Counted from the first letter of the stretch, positions 29,267-39,591 are shown. The stretch: DNA of 64,000 nucleotides from Spirochaetia bacterium (GCA_965198005.1 CBDAOI010000003.1:928001-992000); one strand, 5' to 3'. Notes: generated by a model from the sequence alone, not told the origin. Translations and numbers: made by a program.

Positions 29267-29917
29267 GTGCATGAACACTATGAGGTGGACGGTCGGACCG
29301 TCCGGAGGGCAGGATGGCAACGCCTTTTGAACCGCCGCGCGACATTTGGGAAGTCAATCAGAGCTTACAGCTTGATGAGCACCTCGATGGCGCTCAAGAT
29401 CCCCGATGGGTGGATACCGAAGTTGCACGTGGCGAATACAGTTTCTTGCGCATCTGTGGTCGACGGTACCGATCGTCTGAGCGGCGATGACGCTCGTGCG
29501 TTCTTTGAGACGGACGTACATCAGCTACAACAGGTGCGTGGATTATTCGTATATTGCGCGCCAGTTCATCTGGCTTACGAAGGTACCAACGTCAGGCAGA
29601 ATTTCACTGACATCTTCCAGTTGCCCATGATCAAGCTTGTGAGCGACGACGACTCGCCTCACGAAGCGGGCCGCGAGGCGATGCGCGAACTGCTGCATCG
29701 ACGCGCGGCATCCGGATTGTTTGACAGCGGAGTCGCCGATCGCCTTATTGGGCACAGCGGCGGGCACCCGCGCGACCTGCTGCGGCTCGTGCGCTATTTG
29801 CTCTACAACCTGGCTCTGCTGGAATACAACGATTTCTACTGGCGCAGTCATCCCGTGATTCGTACGACGCGGGAATACATGATGGCACGCCGATCCCTCA
29901 CCCAGTCAGATGAGTGA
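29267..29917 (+). pseudogene. Truncated P-loop ATPase (C-terminal part)
   Basis: VVDGTDR (Walker B-like), SGGHPRDLLRL, LLYNLALLEYN..W..HP; no Walker A. Confidence 0.65.
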
Positions 29918-31391
29918 ACCCGGTACCGCGTGGCCGCTCTACTCGGAACATTCCGGAACGCTGATAAGGCTTCGCCGACTGGTAGAGCACAGACGGGCGT
30001 TTGTCCTCTGCTTTCTAACCTATTCCGATAGCGCCTATCGCGATACAGCCGCCGGCTTTCTGTCGGAACTGTTGGGGGCGCGGCTTCGTGTCGTTATTGA
30101 TAGGGATGTCCGAATCGGCACCGAGGAGTTTTTCCAGCGACTGTGCGACCGCGCTTACCAAGGTCCGGCACTGCTCAGCGGTCTCGAACTGTGGCCGGAT
30201 GGACTGGATGACCTGCTGAAGCGGCTGAACTATCGCCGAGAAGCGCTGGCGACGCGTTGCCAGCGTCCGTTGTTGGTGTGGATCCGGACGCGCGATGTGT
30301 GTGAAGTGGCAACCGTCGCCGCCGATCTTTGGGCGTGGCGGTCCGGCGTGTTCGATTTCGCTCTGCCGCCGGCCACCGGTCGCGCCGATCTCAAACAGAA
30401 TCGAACTATCCGGAGCTTGACCTATACGGCCGATCCTCAAGAGCGGTTGGACCAGTTGCAACGGCACCTCCGCACTCGCTCGTCGTTCGATTTGGCGGAC
30501 GTGGGCTTGCTGATTGAGTTGGGTGACTTGCGGCGGTCACTCGGCCAACCCGCAGATGCGGACAGATCATATTCTCGTGCCTTGACGGCGTTGTCGGGCA
30601 CTGACGACCGAAGGCGTCTGGCGATCGTACATGGTCGGATTGCCGACACTCTCGAGATGCGGGGAGAACTGGAGGAGGCGCTGCGCATCCGGAAGGAAGA
30701 GGAGATTCCTGTCTATGAACGTCTTGGGGACATGCGCTCGCTGGCCATGGCCAAGGGGGCGATCTCCGATATATTGCAGATGCACGGCGAACTGGACGAG
30801 GCGTTGCGTATCCGGACGGAAGACGAAATCCCGGTCTATGAGCGCTTGGGAGACGACCGTTCGGTCGCCATTACCAAGGGGCAAATCGCCGATATACTCC
30901 AGGCTCGGGGCCAACTCGACGAGGCACTGAGAATTCGTTCCGAAGTGCAATTGCCGGTCTTCCAACGCTTGCGGGACGTGCGTTCGGTTGCCGTTACTCA
31001 AGGGAGGATTGCCGATATCTTGCTGGCCCGTGGCGAACTGGACGAGGCGCTGCGTATTCTCACGGAAGAGCAGCTGCCGGCCTTCGAACGCCTAGGGGAC
31101 ATGCGCTCGCTTGCCATAGGGGACGTGCGGTCGCTTGCGATTACGAACGGTCAGATCGCCGATATTCTGGAGGCGCGAGGGAACCTCGACGAGGCATTGC
31201 GCATTCGCATGGAAAAGGAGATACCCATCTATGAGCGGCTCGGGGATGGACAGTCGCTTGCCTCTGCACGGCTGAAGATCGAACAGCTTCGCCAGCAACC
31301 CCCGGAACTCGGCGCGCGGCCACAACACTCGCGCAGCAGGTCGACGGCTTGGTGCTCAACATCAAGACGATTGCCCCGCGACACGGAGTAG
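29910..31391 (+). CDS. Tetratricopeptide repeat protein with N-terminal inactive NTPase-like domain
   Basis: LNYRRE...PLLVW...DLWAWRSGVF, then about five ~40-aa repeats GDxRSxAxxxGxIADILxxRGELDEALRI. Confidence 0.85.
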   Translation: MSEPGTAWPLYSEHSGTLIRLRRLVEHRRAFVLCFLTYSDSAYRDTAAGFLSELLGARLRVVIDRDVRIGTEEFFQRLCDRAYQGPALLSGLELWPDGLDDLLKRLNYRREALATRCQRPLLVWIRTRDVCEVATVAADLWAWRSGVFDFALPPATGRADLKQNRTIRSLTYTADPQERLDQLQRHLRTRSSFDLADVGLLIELGDLRRSLGQPADADRSYSRALTALSGTDDRRRLAIVHGRIADTLEMRGELEEALRIRKEEEIPVYERLGDMRSLAMAKGAISDILQMHGELDEALRIRTEDEIPVYERLGDDRSVAITKGQIADILQARGQLDEALRIRSEVQLPVFQRLRDVRSVAVTQGRIADILLARGELDEALRILTEEQLPAFERLGDMRSLAIGDVRSLAITNGQIADILEARGNLDEALRIRMEKEIPIYERLGDGQSLASARLKIEQLRQQPPELGARPQHSRSRSTAWCSTSRRLPRDTE

Positions 31392-31667
31392 AGCAGGCGC
31401 AATTGGCGGCGCCGGCCGCCCCAGCTCGGAACGGTCGCTGGTGGCACCGTCAAGCTCCGGCAGCGTCACCGGGACGGTCGCGTGCAGACAAGAATGCGGA
31501 GTTGTCTCGGCGGCTGTCGTGAAGCCCGGACGGTTGCATGCCCTATCTTCGACGTACTGGCAGCCCTCGCGGTTCAGCGTGTCGCCCCAGCGGACCGGCC
31601 GGTTGCTCCGTCAGCCTGATTCGGGCATCATGGTGACCAGCCGCTCGGGAATGGCGACAACACCTGC

Positions 31668-32071
31668 ATGAGAACGATGGCAGAAGCACCGGCGAGCACA
31701 AAACGACGCCTCGCAACCGAGGTGGCGGAGTTGTATCCGCCCCAAGGTCAATGGAGTGAGTCGGATTACTTCTCCCTGCCTGACACCAACCGCCTGACGG
31801 AGCTGTCGCGAGGACGATTCATCATGCCACCCCATCCGACCCGACGGCATCAAGCCGCGCCAAGCGCACCGACCGCACCGACAAGGCCGAAGACTACGCT
31901 CGGGCAGGGATTCCGGAGTATTGGCTCGCTGATCCCGATGCCCGTACCGTGGAGGTGTTCGTTCTGAAAGGGCAGAGGTACGAGCTGTTGGGTAGATGGG
32001 ATGTCGACGGCGTCGCTCGATCGTCTCTGTTGCCCGGGTTCGAAATCGCCGTGGGAAGCCTGTTCCTGTGA
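31668..32071 (+). pseudogene. Uma2-family endonuclease with internal deletion
   Basis: PQGQWSESDYFSL...HQ, then in a shifted frame DYARAGIPEYWLADP...SLLPGFEI; central catalytic region missing. Confidence 0.8.
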
Positions 32072-32168
32072 CCGTGGGCCGTCACCGGGATCATCTGCGA
32101 TCGTTGCAGGTCGAGCGAGAGCTCTACGCGGGCATTATCGGTGGCTTGCGGCTCGACGGGGTGCTCTG

Positions 32169-33479
32169 ATGCTCCATGTCGACGACGCTCACGACCGTGC
32201 AGAGACGATCCTCAAGGACTTCCTGTCAGACAAGCCGCGATCGTGGCGCATCCTGTTGATAAAGGACCTGTTTGCCCGGCTCCGGGTCGTGCTGTGGTGC
32301 CCGAAGGCGCATTGGGAGGCGGCATGTGAAGAGCTCGATCAAGGTCTCCGGGGTGAAGCGTCCGCGTATTGGTCTCGTGACGTGCTTCGTGGCTCCCGCA
32401 AGAACGAAGCGCCCGACGGCGAATGGCAGGATGAGGCATGGCAACAAGGCATTCCCATCGCCGGCACCGACGGGTTGCGCGTCATGGAACGACAACGCAC
32501 CAAGGAGGGCTGGTTCGAAGCACCTGCGGTACCCCCCTGGAGCGCGGCAAGGGGCAGGCCAACCATCACTTCCTTCTACTCCTTCAAGGGTGGAGTAGGA
32601 CGGTCGACGGCGCTGGCTGCCACGGCCCTGCACTTGGCTGCCGCCGGGGAGCGGGTCGTGGTCCTCGATGTCGATCTCGACGCTCCGGGAGTGGGTTTCC
32701 TGTTGAGCGCGCACGATGGTGCGACCGCACCTTGGGGGGTCGTCGACTATCTGATCGAGCAGCCTCTCCTGGCCGGAAACGACGTGCTCGACTTGAGCGA
32801 CTATTTTCATCGTTGTCCGCCCTCGCTGTTCTCCGGAACCGGAGAGATCATGGTGTTCCCGGCAGGGACGACCGATAGCCGGTACGTCGGGAAGCTGGCG
32901 CGGCTCGACTATACAACGCTCCACCGCGGCCAGACCCATCCGTTCGTCCTGCTGCTTGAGCAGATTCGCCGAGAGCTTGGACCGGACTGGATCCTCATTG
33001 ACGCTCGGGCCGGCCTTGCGAACGTATCGGGGTTCGTGATGGGAGGTCTGTGCCACGTGCACGTGGTGGTAGGAACGCTAGCGGAAGCGAGTTGGCGGGG
33101 GCTGGCGATGATACTGGAACGACTCGGAGCCGACCGGGTACGCGCACAGAAACCGCAAGCAGAGTGTGTCTTGGTCGCAGCCATGGTGCCACGCTCTCAG
33201 GAACGCCAATACCAGGAGTCGGTGACCTGGTTTACCGACCGTGCTCGGGACGTGTTCAGCGCCCGTTATTACGCCGCACCGGAGCAGGGCGACCAATTCT
33301 GGACGGTCGACGACGTGGAGAGTAGCGATGCACCGCACGTTCCCGTCCCCCTGTCATACGATGAGCGTCTTGTGTTATTTCGTGATCTGGACGAGGTTGC
33401 GAAGGATGTCCTGCTGGAAGGTGAGCCCTACCGCAGGCTCGCCGAGCGCGTGCGGACCAGCCAGGCGCGTGTGCGGTAG
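32169..33479 (+). CDS. ParA/MinD-like ATPase, KGGVGR-motif variant
   Basis: FYSFKGGVGRST, DVDLDAPG, GVVDYL, IDARAG; ATG overlaps an upstream TGA. Confidence 0.85.
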   Translation: MLHVDDAHDRAETILKDFLSDKPRSWRILLIKDLFARLRVVLWCPKAHWEAACEELDQGLRGEASAYWSRDVLRGSRKNEAPDGEWQDEAWQQGIPIAGTDGLRVMERQRTKEGWFEAPAVPPWSAARGRPTITSFYSFKGGVGRSTALAATALHLAAAGERVVVLDVDLDAPGVGFLLSAHDGATAPWGVVDYLIEQPLLAGNDVLDLSDYFHRCPPSLFSGTGEIMVFPAGTTDSRYVGKLARLDYTTLHRGQTHPFVLLLEQIRRELGPDWILIDARAGLANVSGFVMGGLCHVHVVVGTLAEASWRGLAMILERLGADRVRAQKPQAECVLVAAMVPRSQERQYQESVTWFTDRARDVFSARYYAAPEQGDQFWTVDDVESSDAPHVPVPLSYDERLVLFRDLDEVAKDVLLEGEPYRRLAERVRTSQARVR

Positions 33480-34856
33480 GTGACCCAGGTGAGGAAACGG
33501 CTCACCAAACAAGATGGCGTAGAGCTGCGTGCTCAGATCAGCAACCTTGGCTACGGCCAGGCGGAGGCTGAGTCCCGGAGTCTGTTCGCACGACGCCTGC
33601 ACCCGGTCTCGGAACACCTCAGAGCCCTTGATCCCAACGTGGTACTCGTCGTCGGTCCGCGCGGTTCCGGGAAGAGCGAACTGTTCAGTGCATTCTTCTC
33701 CGAGCATGACGATCTGGGAGATGCCATAATGCGCTATGCACCGGGATCGGCAGGATTCCAGATAAGGTCGTCCTCCACCAAGTGTGATTCCAGGAGGCGT
33801 CTGGCCCCGTTGGTACGTCCGGGGGCCGCCGATCTAGGCGCGGTTCTCAAGGCCGAACGAGAACTCACCATAAATCCCACTGCTGCCCTGGACATACTCG
33901 AAAAGCGCCTGGAAGAGGCAGGCAATTGGATCTTCGTCGGCTATGACGAACTCGACATCCTGGGAGGATTCGACTGGCAACTGATGGCCCGTCTGGTGCG
34001 TGGCCTGGTTGCTTTCTGGTCGGACTACAGCCGACGATGGCGGCGAATCAGGGCCAAAGTATTTCTGCGGTCCGACCTGTTTCGCCGTCATGCCAATATG
34101 GGCACGGCAGACTTCGCAAAGCTGGCTGCCACTCGAGCCGAACTCGCATGGTCTGACACTGCGTTACTCGGTATGCTCGTAAAACGCATCGCCAATACTT
34201 CGGAGTCTCTCGCCGGTTACTGTCGCGGCGCACGGCTCTCGTTTGAACGAGATAGCACTCTCGGATTGCTGCCGAAAATCGAACGACCCGAGATTGCGTA
34301 CGCCTTGCTGGAGCGGTTCTCGGGCGAGTACATGGGGGCGGAAAGAAAAAAGGGATACGTACGCAACTGGGTACTTGATCACCTGCGGGACGGAAACGGA
34401 CAGGTGTCGCCTCGTACGCTGGTAAGACTGTTCGAGCAGGCAGCTCTGAAAGAAGCTCCGAACCGTACGCTGTCGCCTCCCAGGCTGCTCCATCCGGCTG
34501 CGTTGCGACAGGCTCTCGACGATGTGTCTCAGGATCACGTGACGCAAGCGATCAGTAGCGAGTGGCCATGGCTGGAGGGGGTGCGGGAGCGAATCAGCAA
34601 GCAGCGCCTGGTTCCCTGGTCGCGTCGCGAAATCATCGCCATGCTTGGCGCGGACTGGGACCGGCCCTGGGCATCGAGTCAAAGCGGGGACATTCGCCCT
34701 CCGGAGGAACGCCCGGGGCGGCTCGTGGACTACCTGGTCGAGCTTGGAGTCTTTCGCAACCGACCGGGCGACCGGATTGACGTACCGGACCTGTACCTGC
34801 GCGGCCTGGATCTTCGACGTAAAGGTGGTGTATCGCGCCGCGCAGCCGTTTCGTAG
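33480..34856 (+). CDS. P-loop ATPase, Sll1717-like
   Basis: VGPRGSGKS, YDELD, KVFLRSD, PRTL, C-terminal VPDLY...L.RKGGV; directly follows the KGGVGR ATPase. Confidence 0.75.
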   Translation: MTQVRKRLTKQDGVELRAQISNLGYGQAEAESRSLFARRLHPVSEHLRALDPNVVLVVGPRGSGKSELFSAFFSEHDDLGDAIMRYAPGSAGFQIRSSSTKCDSRRRLAPLVRPGAADLGAVLKAERELTINPTAALDILEKRLEEAGNWIFVGYDELDILGGFDWQLMARLVRGLVAFWSDYSRRWRRIRAKVFLRSDLFRRHANMGTADFAKLAATRAELAWSDTALLGMLVKRIANTSESLAGYCRGARLSFERDSTLGLLPKIERPEIAYALLERFSGEYMGAERKKGYVRNWVLDHLRDGNGQVSPRTLVRLFEQAALKEAPNRTLSPPRLLHPAALRQALDDVSQDHVTQAISSEWPWLEGVRERISKQRLVPWSRREIIAMLGADWDRPWASSQSGDIRPPEERPGRLVDYLVELGVFRNRPGDRIDVPDLYLRGLDLRRKGGVSRRAAVS

Positions 34857-34889
34857 CGGTCCCGGAGTCACGGTGTAAGGGGCGTCGGC

Positions 34890-35135
34890 GTACATCACGT
34901 CCATCGTCACCGGCGCCTGCGGCGGTATCGGTGAAGCGATCGCGCGCGCCTTCGCCGGCGCCGGAGCGGCGGTCGCGCTGGCCGACATCCGCGCCGCGGA
35001 GCTGGCACACCTGGCCATGGCGAGCGGATGCGGGGCGCACGCTGCGGAACCAGGTGGCGGTCGTCACCAGCGCCGCGGGCGCGATCGGGCGAGCCGTCGC
35101 CGGGCTGTTCGTCGCCGCCGGCATCCTGGTGGTTC
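34890..35135 (+). pseudogene. Two short-chain dehydrogenase N-terminal fragments
   Basis: IVTGACGGIGEAIARAFAGAGAAVALADI and LRNQVAVVTSAAGAIGRAVA, neither complete. Confidence 0.6.
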
Positions 35136-35193
35136 TGAGCGCCTGGGCAGCGCGGCGCTGCACGCGCTGGCGGCCGAGCTGGCTCACGGCCGA

Positions 35194-35571
35194 TTTCACG
35201 CGGGCGTGGGGGACGTCGGGACTGGCAGGATCGACCGTCAGTTGCCGGCGGCCGGGGTTCACCACCAAGTCCATGTCCTCCATGGGAACCGACCCCAGCA
35301 ACACCTCGTCACCGATCACCAACGCGCCGACGTAACAGAACCGCTTGCCGAAGGCGACTCTCACCGGGCCTACATAGGGCACGGTCGCGGTACGGCCGTC
35401 GGCCACCGACACTTCTCGCACCGATTCGGTCTCCAGGTCGAGCTGGCGGGCGACATGCTCCGGGATGCACAGCATCAGCGCCCCGGTGTCGACCAGCGCG
35501 TTCACCCGCACCGGCACGAAGTCGGTACGCCGCGGATTGCTCAGCTCCAGTTCAGCAAATATGTGGCCCAT
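35194..35571 (-). CDS. Clan AA aspartic protease (native stop apparently lost, ORF runs on to 34633)
   Basis: ALVDTGA, VADGR, LLGSVPMEDMDLVV. Confidence 0.8.
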
Positions 35572-35672
35572 GAACGTTCCCGACTCACCACTGTGTCACG
35601 TTAGCCCAGTCACATTCGCGCATCGACGGCCGTCCGGTCAACCCGGCATCTCGGGCATCGCTGCCCGCCACC

Positions 35673-35775
35673 AACGTGCGGCGCGCATGGTGTGCGCGTT
35701 GGAACTGATTCGAAGGGGGAATGCAGCACGGTACGGCGAGGCTCCCATCGACATCGGCATCTGGGTCGGCCGCGA
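35673..35775 (+). repeat. 103-bp exact copy of an internal segment of the helicase gene
   Basis: Identical to 41027-41129 by direct comparison. Confidence 0.9.
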
Positions 35776-35778
35776 CAG

Positions 35779-36002
35779 ATGTACTACTATCCGAACCCTG
35801 CGCACAAGACGGAAACGACCGAAGCCGGGCCACCAAGATGGCGTCCTGACAAGGAGCCTTGCCCGAGAATGACGCCGCGGGAGCGAACTACGCTGTTGCA
35901 GGAGTCGGATGATGTCGAATATCACGGCTATCCCACACGCCAGGTACCCGGAAGCGGATCACCAACGCCGAATATCGCAACCTGCTGAAGCGGCTCGGCT
36001 GA
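35779..36002 (+). pseudogene. Small toxin-like gene with internal deletions
   Basis: MYYYPNPAHK...PDKEPCP...YHGYP; alternative-frame end AEYRNLLKRLG-stop 2 nt before the next ATG. Confidence 0.5.
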
Positions 36003-36004
36003 CG

Positions 36005-36596
36005 ATGTTGATCGGCAACCGCAACGACCTGGCCTTCGAGATTCTTCCGCTCACGCCGACCTGGGAGCGCCGCTATCTCCCCGAGCGGTCGGCGTGGGCG
36101 CAACTGGCAATCTGGGTGCGCGGTACGAACCTGTGTGAGAACCTCCTGGACGGGTCGCAGTCCGTTCGAGCGGGCGTCAACGTACCGCTGGCTCCCGTGG
36201 TGGATTGGTTGGTGCGGTCCTGGACGTTCATCGAGTTCGAGGAGGGGCCCGGATGCTTTCCGCTTCGCAATTCGTTGCGCGAAACCCGGCGCGACTGGGG
36301 CAATACCGCTCCGCGGGTGGAATTCACGGAAGACCAGTGGTTCGATGCCCGCGAGCTGTGGTGGACGCGACACTTCCTGGCCGCCGGAGCGGAGGGCGCC
36401 CGGTTGCCGAACGTCTCCCTGATCCGCGCCGGCGATCATCTGGTCATCGAATGGGGGCCGGCCGAGTTCCCCGGCGATCATGCACCCCGATTCATCTCCG
36501 AGAACGGCCAGGAAGTGGTCCATTGGCCCACCGGTGAGGAAGTCTTCGCCGAGTTCGCGGCGTTCGTCGCCGAGTCGCTCCGGGAGGAGGGTCTGG
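36005..36596 (+). CDS. ImmA/IrrE-like protein, 5' exon (interrupted by group II intron)
   Basis: MLIGNRNDLAF...LAIWVRGTNLC...DWLVRSW...RHFL; coding character ends at the GTGCG intron start. Confidence 0.65.
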
Positions 36597-38516
36597 GTGC
36601 GAGCGCCAGGCTAACTGGCATATGACAGAGGGTGAAAGTCCCTTGGAACGAAGGAGCAGCCAATCCACGTTTCTCCGCGAGCCGTGCGTTGGCACCTGCG
36701 AGGGTGCAGGCGAAGCGTCGGCAGCGGTGCGTGCGGGCAGAGTTATGGAGCGCCGCAAAATACGACATCTGGAGTGCCGAGATTCTGTACTCGGTCGAAG
36801 GCAACACCGGTCGAGCCAGTATGGTGAGGACCGACCGGGCTCCACGGCGTCGAAGAACTCAGGCACGTGCGTACGTCATATACCGGGACCTGGGAGGTCT
36901 TCGGGTCGTCCCGGCGGGTCGTCGCCGGGACCGCGGAGGGAAGGCGTGAGGCTGGACCGAAGATGAACGACCCGAAGAAGTCGGACATGGGCATAGTAGC
37001 GGCGAAGCCGGCGAACAAGGGAGCGCAAGCGACTGCGGAGACGGTGGAGCGAAGGCCCATGACCAACGGGAATTCGCAAGGTCAAAGCACGGGCCGGACG
37101 CAGAGTCGGGCAACCGTGACACAGGCGGCCGAGCGGATACGGCAATTCGTAAAGAGAGAACCGCAGGAGAAACTCACTGCGCTGCTGCACCACGTGACGC
37201 CGGAAGCGCTGCGGGTGGCCTATTACGCGCTGAAGCGTGAAGCGGCCCCGGGGGTGGACGGGATGACGTGGCGGGAGTACGAGACGGGGTTGGAAGTGCG
37301 TTTGCACGACCTGCACCGGAGAGTACACACAGGAGCGTACCGAGCGACCCCGGTACGGCGGGTCAACATCGACAAGCCGGACGGAGGCACACGACCGCTG
37401 GGGGTGGCCGCGCTGGAGGACAAGATCGTCCAGAAGGCCGTGGTGGATGTGATCCTGACACCGATCTATGAGGAGGAATTTCTCGGGATCAGCTATGGGT
37501 TTCGACCGGGGCGCGGGGCACACGATGCGTTGGACGCACTGGCCTACGCCATCGAACGGCGCGAAGTGAACTGGATATTGGACGCGGACATTCGCGCCTA
37601 CTTCGACACGATCTCGCGGGACTGGTTGATCAGATTCCTGGAGCATCGGATTGGAGATCGGCGGGTGCTGCGGCTGATAAAGAAGTGGCTGCGCGCTGGG
37701 GTACTGGAAGAAGGCCGACAGATCGACGCGGGGCGGGGTACAGCGCAAGGGTCGGTGATTTCACCGATGCTCGCGAATATCTATCTGCACTACGTGTTGG
37801 ACCTGTGGGTCACCAAGAAGTGGCGGCCGCAGGAGGCGCGTGGAGACATGATCATAGTGCGCTACGCAGATGACTATGTCGCCGGGTTCGAGCATCGTGA
37901 CGATGCGGAACGCTTCCTGCGGGAACTGAAGGAGCGATTCAGAGGCTTCGAGCTGGAACTGAACGCCGACAAGACCCGACTCCTCGAGTTTGGACGGTAT
38001 GCCGAAAGGAACCGCCGAGCACGTGGGGAAGGGCGACCGGAGACGTTCGACTTTCTGGGTTTCACGCATTATTGCAGGAAGGACAGGAAAGGACGCTTCG
38101 GGCTGGGGCGGAAGCCAATTCGGAAGCGGATGAATCGTACGCTGAAGAGGATCAAGATCGAACTCCGCAGACGCATGCATGATGACGTGATGGAAACCGG
38201 GCGCTGGCTGGGACGGGTACTGCGCGGATGGCTCAACTACTACGCGGTACCCACCAGCTACCGCTACCTGCACCGATTCGTGTGGCGTCTGCGAGGAATC
38301 TGGGTAAAGATTCTACGCCGGAGGTCCCAGAAGGACCGATTCTCCTGGGCTTGGATGCTGGCGATCAGCATCGAGCTGTGGCCCCAACCCCGAATCGTAC
38401 ACCCATGGCCGGACCGGCGATTTGCCGTCAACCACCGAAGGTAGGAGCCGGATGGTTTAACGACCACGTCCGGATCTGTGCGGGGGGCGTCGGGTAACCG
38501 GCGTTCCTACCGCGCC
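36597..38516 (+). mobile_element. Group II intron
   Basis: 5' GTGCG at 36597; RT ORF; domain V gagccggatg...gtccggatc right after the ORF stop; domain VI ending cctaccgcg; 3' boundary approximate. Confidence 0.88.
36963..38444 (+). CDS. ltrA: Group II intron reverse transcriptase/maturase (no endonuclease domain)
   Basis: APGVDG, RPLG, SYGFRPGRGAHDAL, GTAQGSVISPMLANIYL, RYADD, FDFLGF, GWLNYY. Confidence 0.96.
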   Translation: MNDPKKSDMGIVAAKPANKGAQATAETVERRPMTNGNSQGQSTGRTQSRATVTQAAERIRQFVKREPQEKLTALLHHVTPEALRVAYYALKREAAPGVDGMTWREYETGLEVRLHDLHRRVHTGAYRATPVRRVNIDKPDGGTRPLGVAALEDKIVQKAVVDVILTPIYEEEFLGISYGFRPGRGAHDALDALAYAIERREVNWILDADIRAYFDTISRDWLIRFLEHRIGDRRVLRLIKKWLRAGVLEEGRQIDAGRGTAQGSVISPMLANIYLHYVLDLWVTKKWRPQEARGDMIIVRYADDYVAGFEHRDDAERFLRELKERFRGFELELNADKTRLLEFGRYAERNRRARGEGRPETFDFLGFTHYCRKDRKGRFGLGRKPIRKRMNRTLKRIKIELRRRMHDDVMETGRWLGRVLRGWLNYYAVPTSYRYLHRFVWRLRGIWVKILRRRSQKDRFSWAWMLAISIELWPQPRIVHPWPDRRFAVNHRR

Positions 38517-38529
38517 CGCCAATTCGTGG

Positions 38530-39408
38530 GTGAGCCTGCAGGACCCGCTGCACGAACGCGAAGCGCGTTTCGACGAGAAACTGCGTGCCTACACCGGAAT
38601 CGACCCGCGGATGCTGTACGCGTGGACCGATGCGAGCACGGAGGTCGGCCTGCGTGAGCGGCTCGGGATCCCTCCAGGCTGCGAGGATCCGGGCAGTAGC
38701 GTCATCACCCAGGTGCTACGGGATCTGCCACCGGACGCTCCTGAATCGGTGCGTCGTGAGGTCTGGCGACTCGATGGGGCGACCCACAGGGTGACGAATT
38801 TCGCCGACGAGTTGCGAAGGATGGCACGTGATGCAGCGGGAAGCGGCGGTCATGCGGAGGCGTCAGGGCAGCAGGCTGCCAGCGCGGTTCGGGATCATCT
38901 CGGTCGGGATGGAATCCCGATCGACGACGTAGAAGAACAGCTCAGGGAACTCGGAACGGAAGTGATCTATCCCGGCGCGGAATGCCTCCAGGAGAGGATG
39001 CTGGTCGGCTCCCGACAGGGACTCGGCGCGGCCGTCGTCATCAACCGGACGCCGCGCACCGAAACGCCGTGGGGCCGCCGATTCGAGTCGGCCCGCGCCT
39101 TGGGCCACCTGCTCATGGATTCCTATCGTGAAGATGCGCTCGGAGCTGCTTCGACCACCTTCGCGCGGCCTTGGCCGAGACGACGTGCCGGGGCCTTCGC
39201 GGCCGAGTTGCTGCTGCCGAGGGAGGCGCTGCTCGAAGCTGCCGGGCACCTCGATTCGGCCGCCCACCCGGCGACTTTCGAGCGGATTATGAGCAGGTAC
39301 CGGGTCGGTGCCAGAACTACCGCCTTTCAGCTCTGGAATCACGGTTTGCTCTCGAGCAGCCAGGTCCGCGACGAGCTGATCGACTGTTTCTCCAGTGTGG
39401 AAGGATAG
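38530..39408 (+). CDS. ImmA/IrrE-like protein, 3' exon
   Basis: RRFESARALGHLL (HExxH position degenerate), AGAFAAELLLP, YRVG...QLWN. Confidence 0.7.
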   Translation: MSLQDPLHEREARFDEKLRAYTGIDPRMLYAWTDASTEVGLRERLGIPPGCEDPGSSVITQVLRDLPPDAPESVRREVWRLDGATHRVTNFADELRRMARDAAGSGGHAEASGQQAASAVRDHLGRDGIPIDDVEEQLRELGTEVIYPGAECLQERMLVGSRQGLGAAVVINRTPRTETPWGRRFESARALGHLLMDSYREDALGAASTTFARPWPRRRAGAFAAELLLPREALLEAAGHLDSAAHPATFERIMSRYRVGARTTAFQLWNHGLLSSSQVRDELIDCFSSVEG

Positions 39409-39591
39409 GCGCCTCGGCAGAGTCGTCGCCCCGTGCTTCGCTTACCCGAACCGCCACGACGGCGTCAGCGACAGGACGACTGGCGCGTGCGTTTCGGACG
39501 CGGAACACGGCAACCGGCCGGCTTACGCCGATCTCACGCTACGAAATCTCCGGGAGCATCCACCCCCGGTGCTCACGCCACCGCTCACGTC

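Noticed and set aside
30600-31260. 120-bp periodic DNA repeats as a non-coding array
   Set aside because: They encode TPR repeats in frame with synonymous variation
32169-33479. Plasmid or chromosome partition locus
   Set aside because: No parB, parS or rep gene; long N-terminal domain and ATPase partner indicate a different family
36963-38444. RT as retron, DGR or defence-associated RT
   Set aside because: It has group II intron motifs, a maturase region, a GTGCG 5' end and domains V/VI; no VTG retron motif and no template/variable repeat pair
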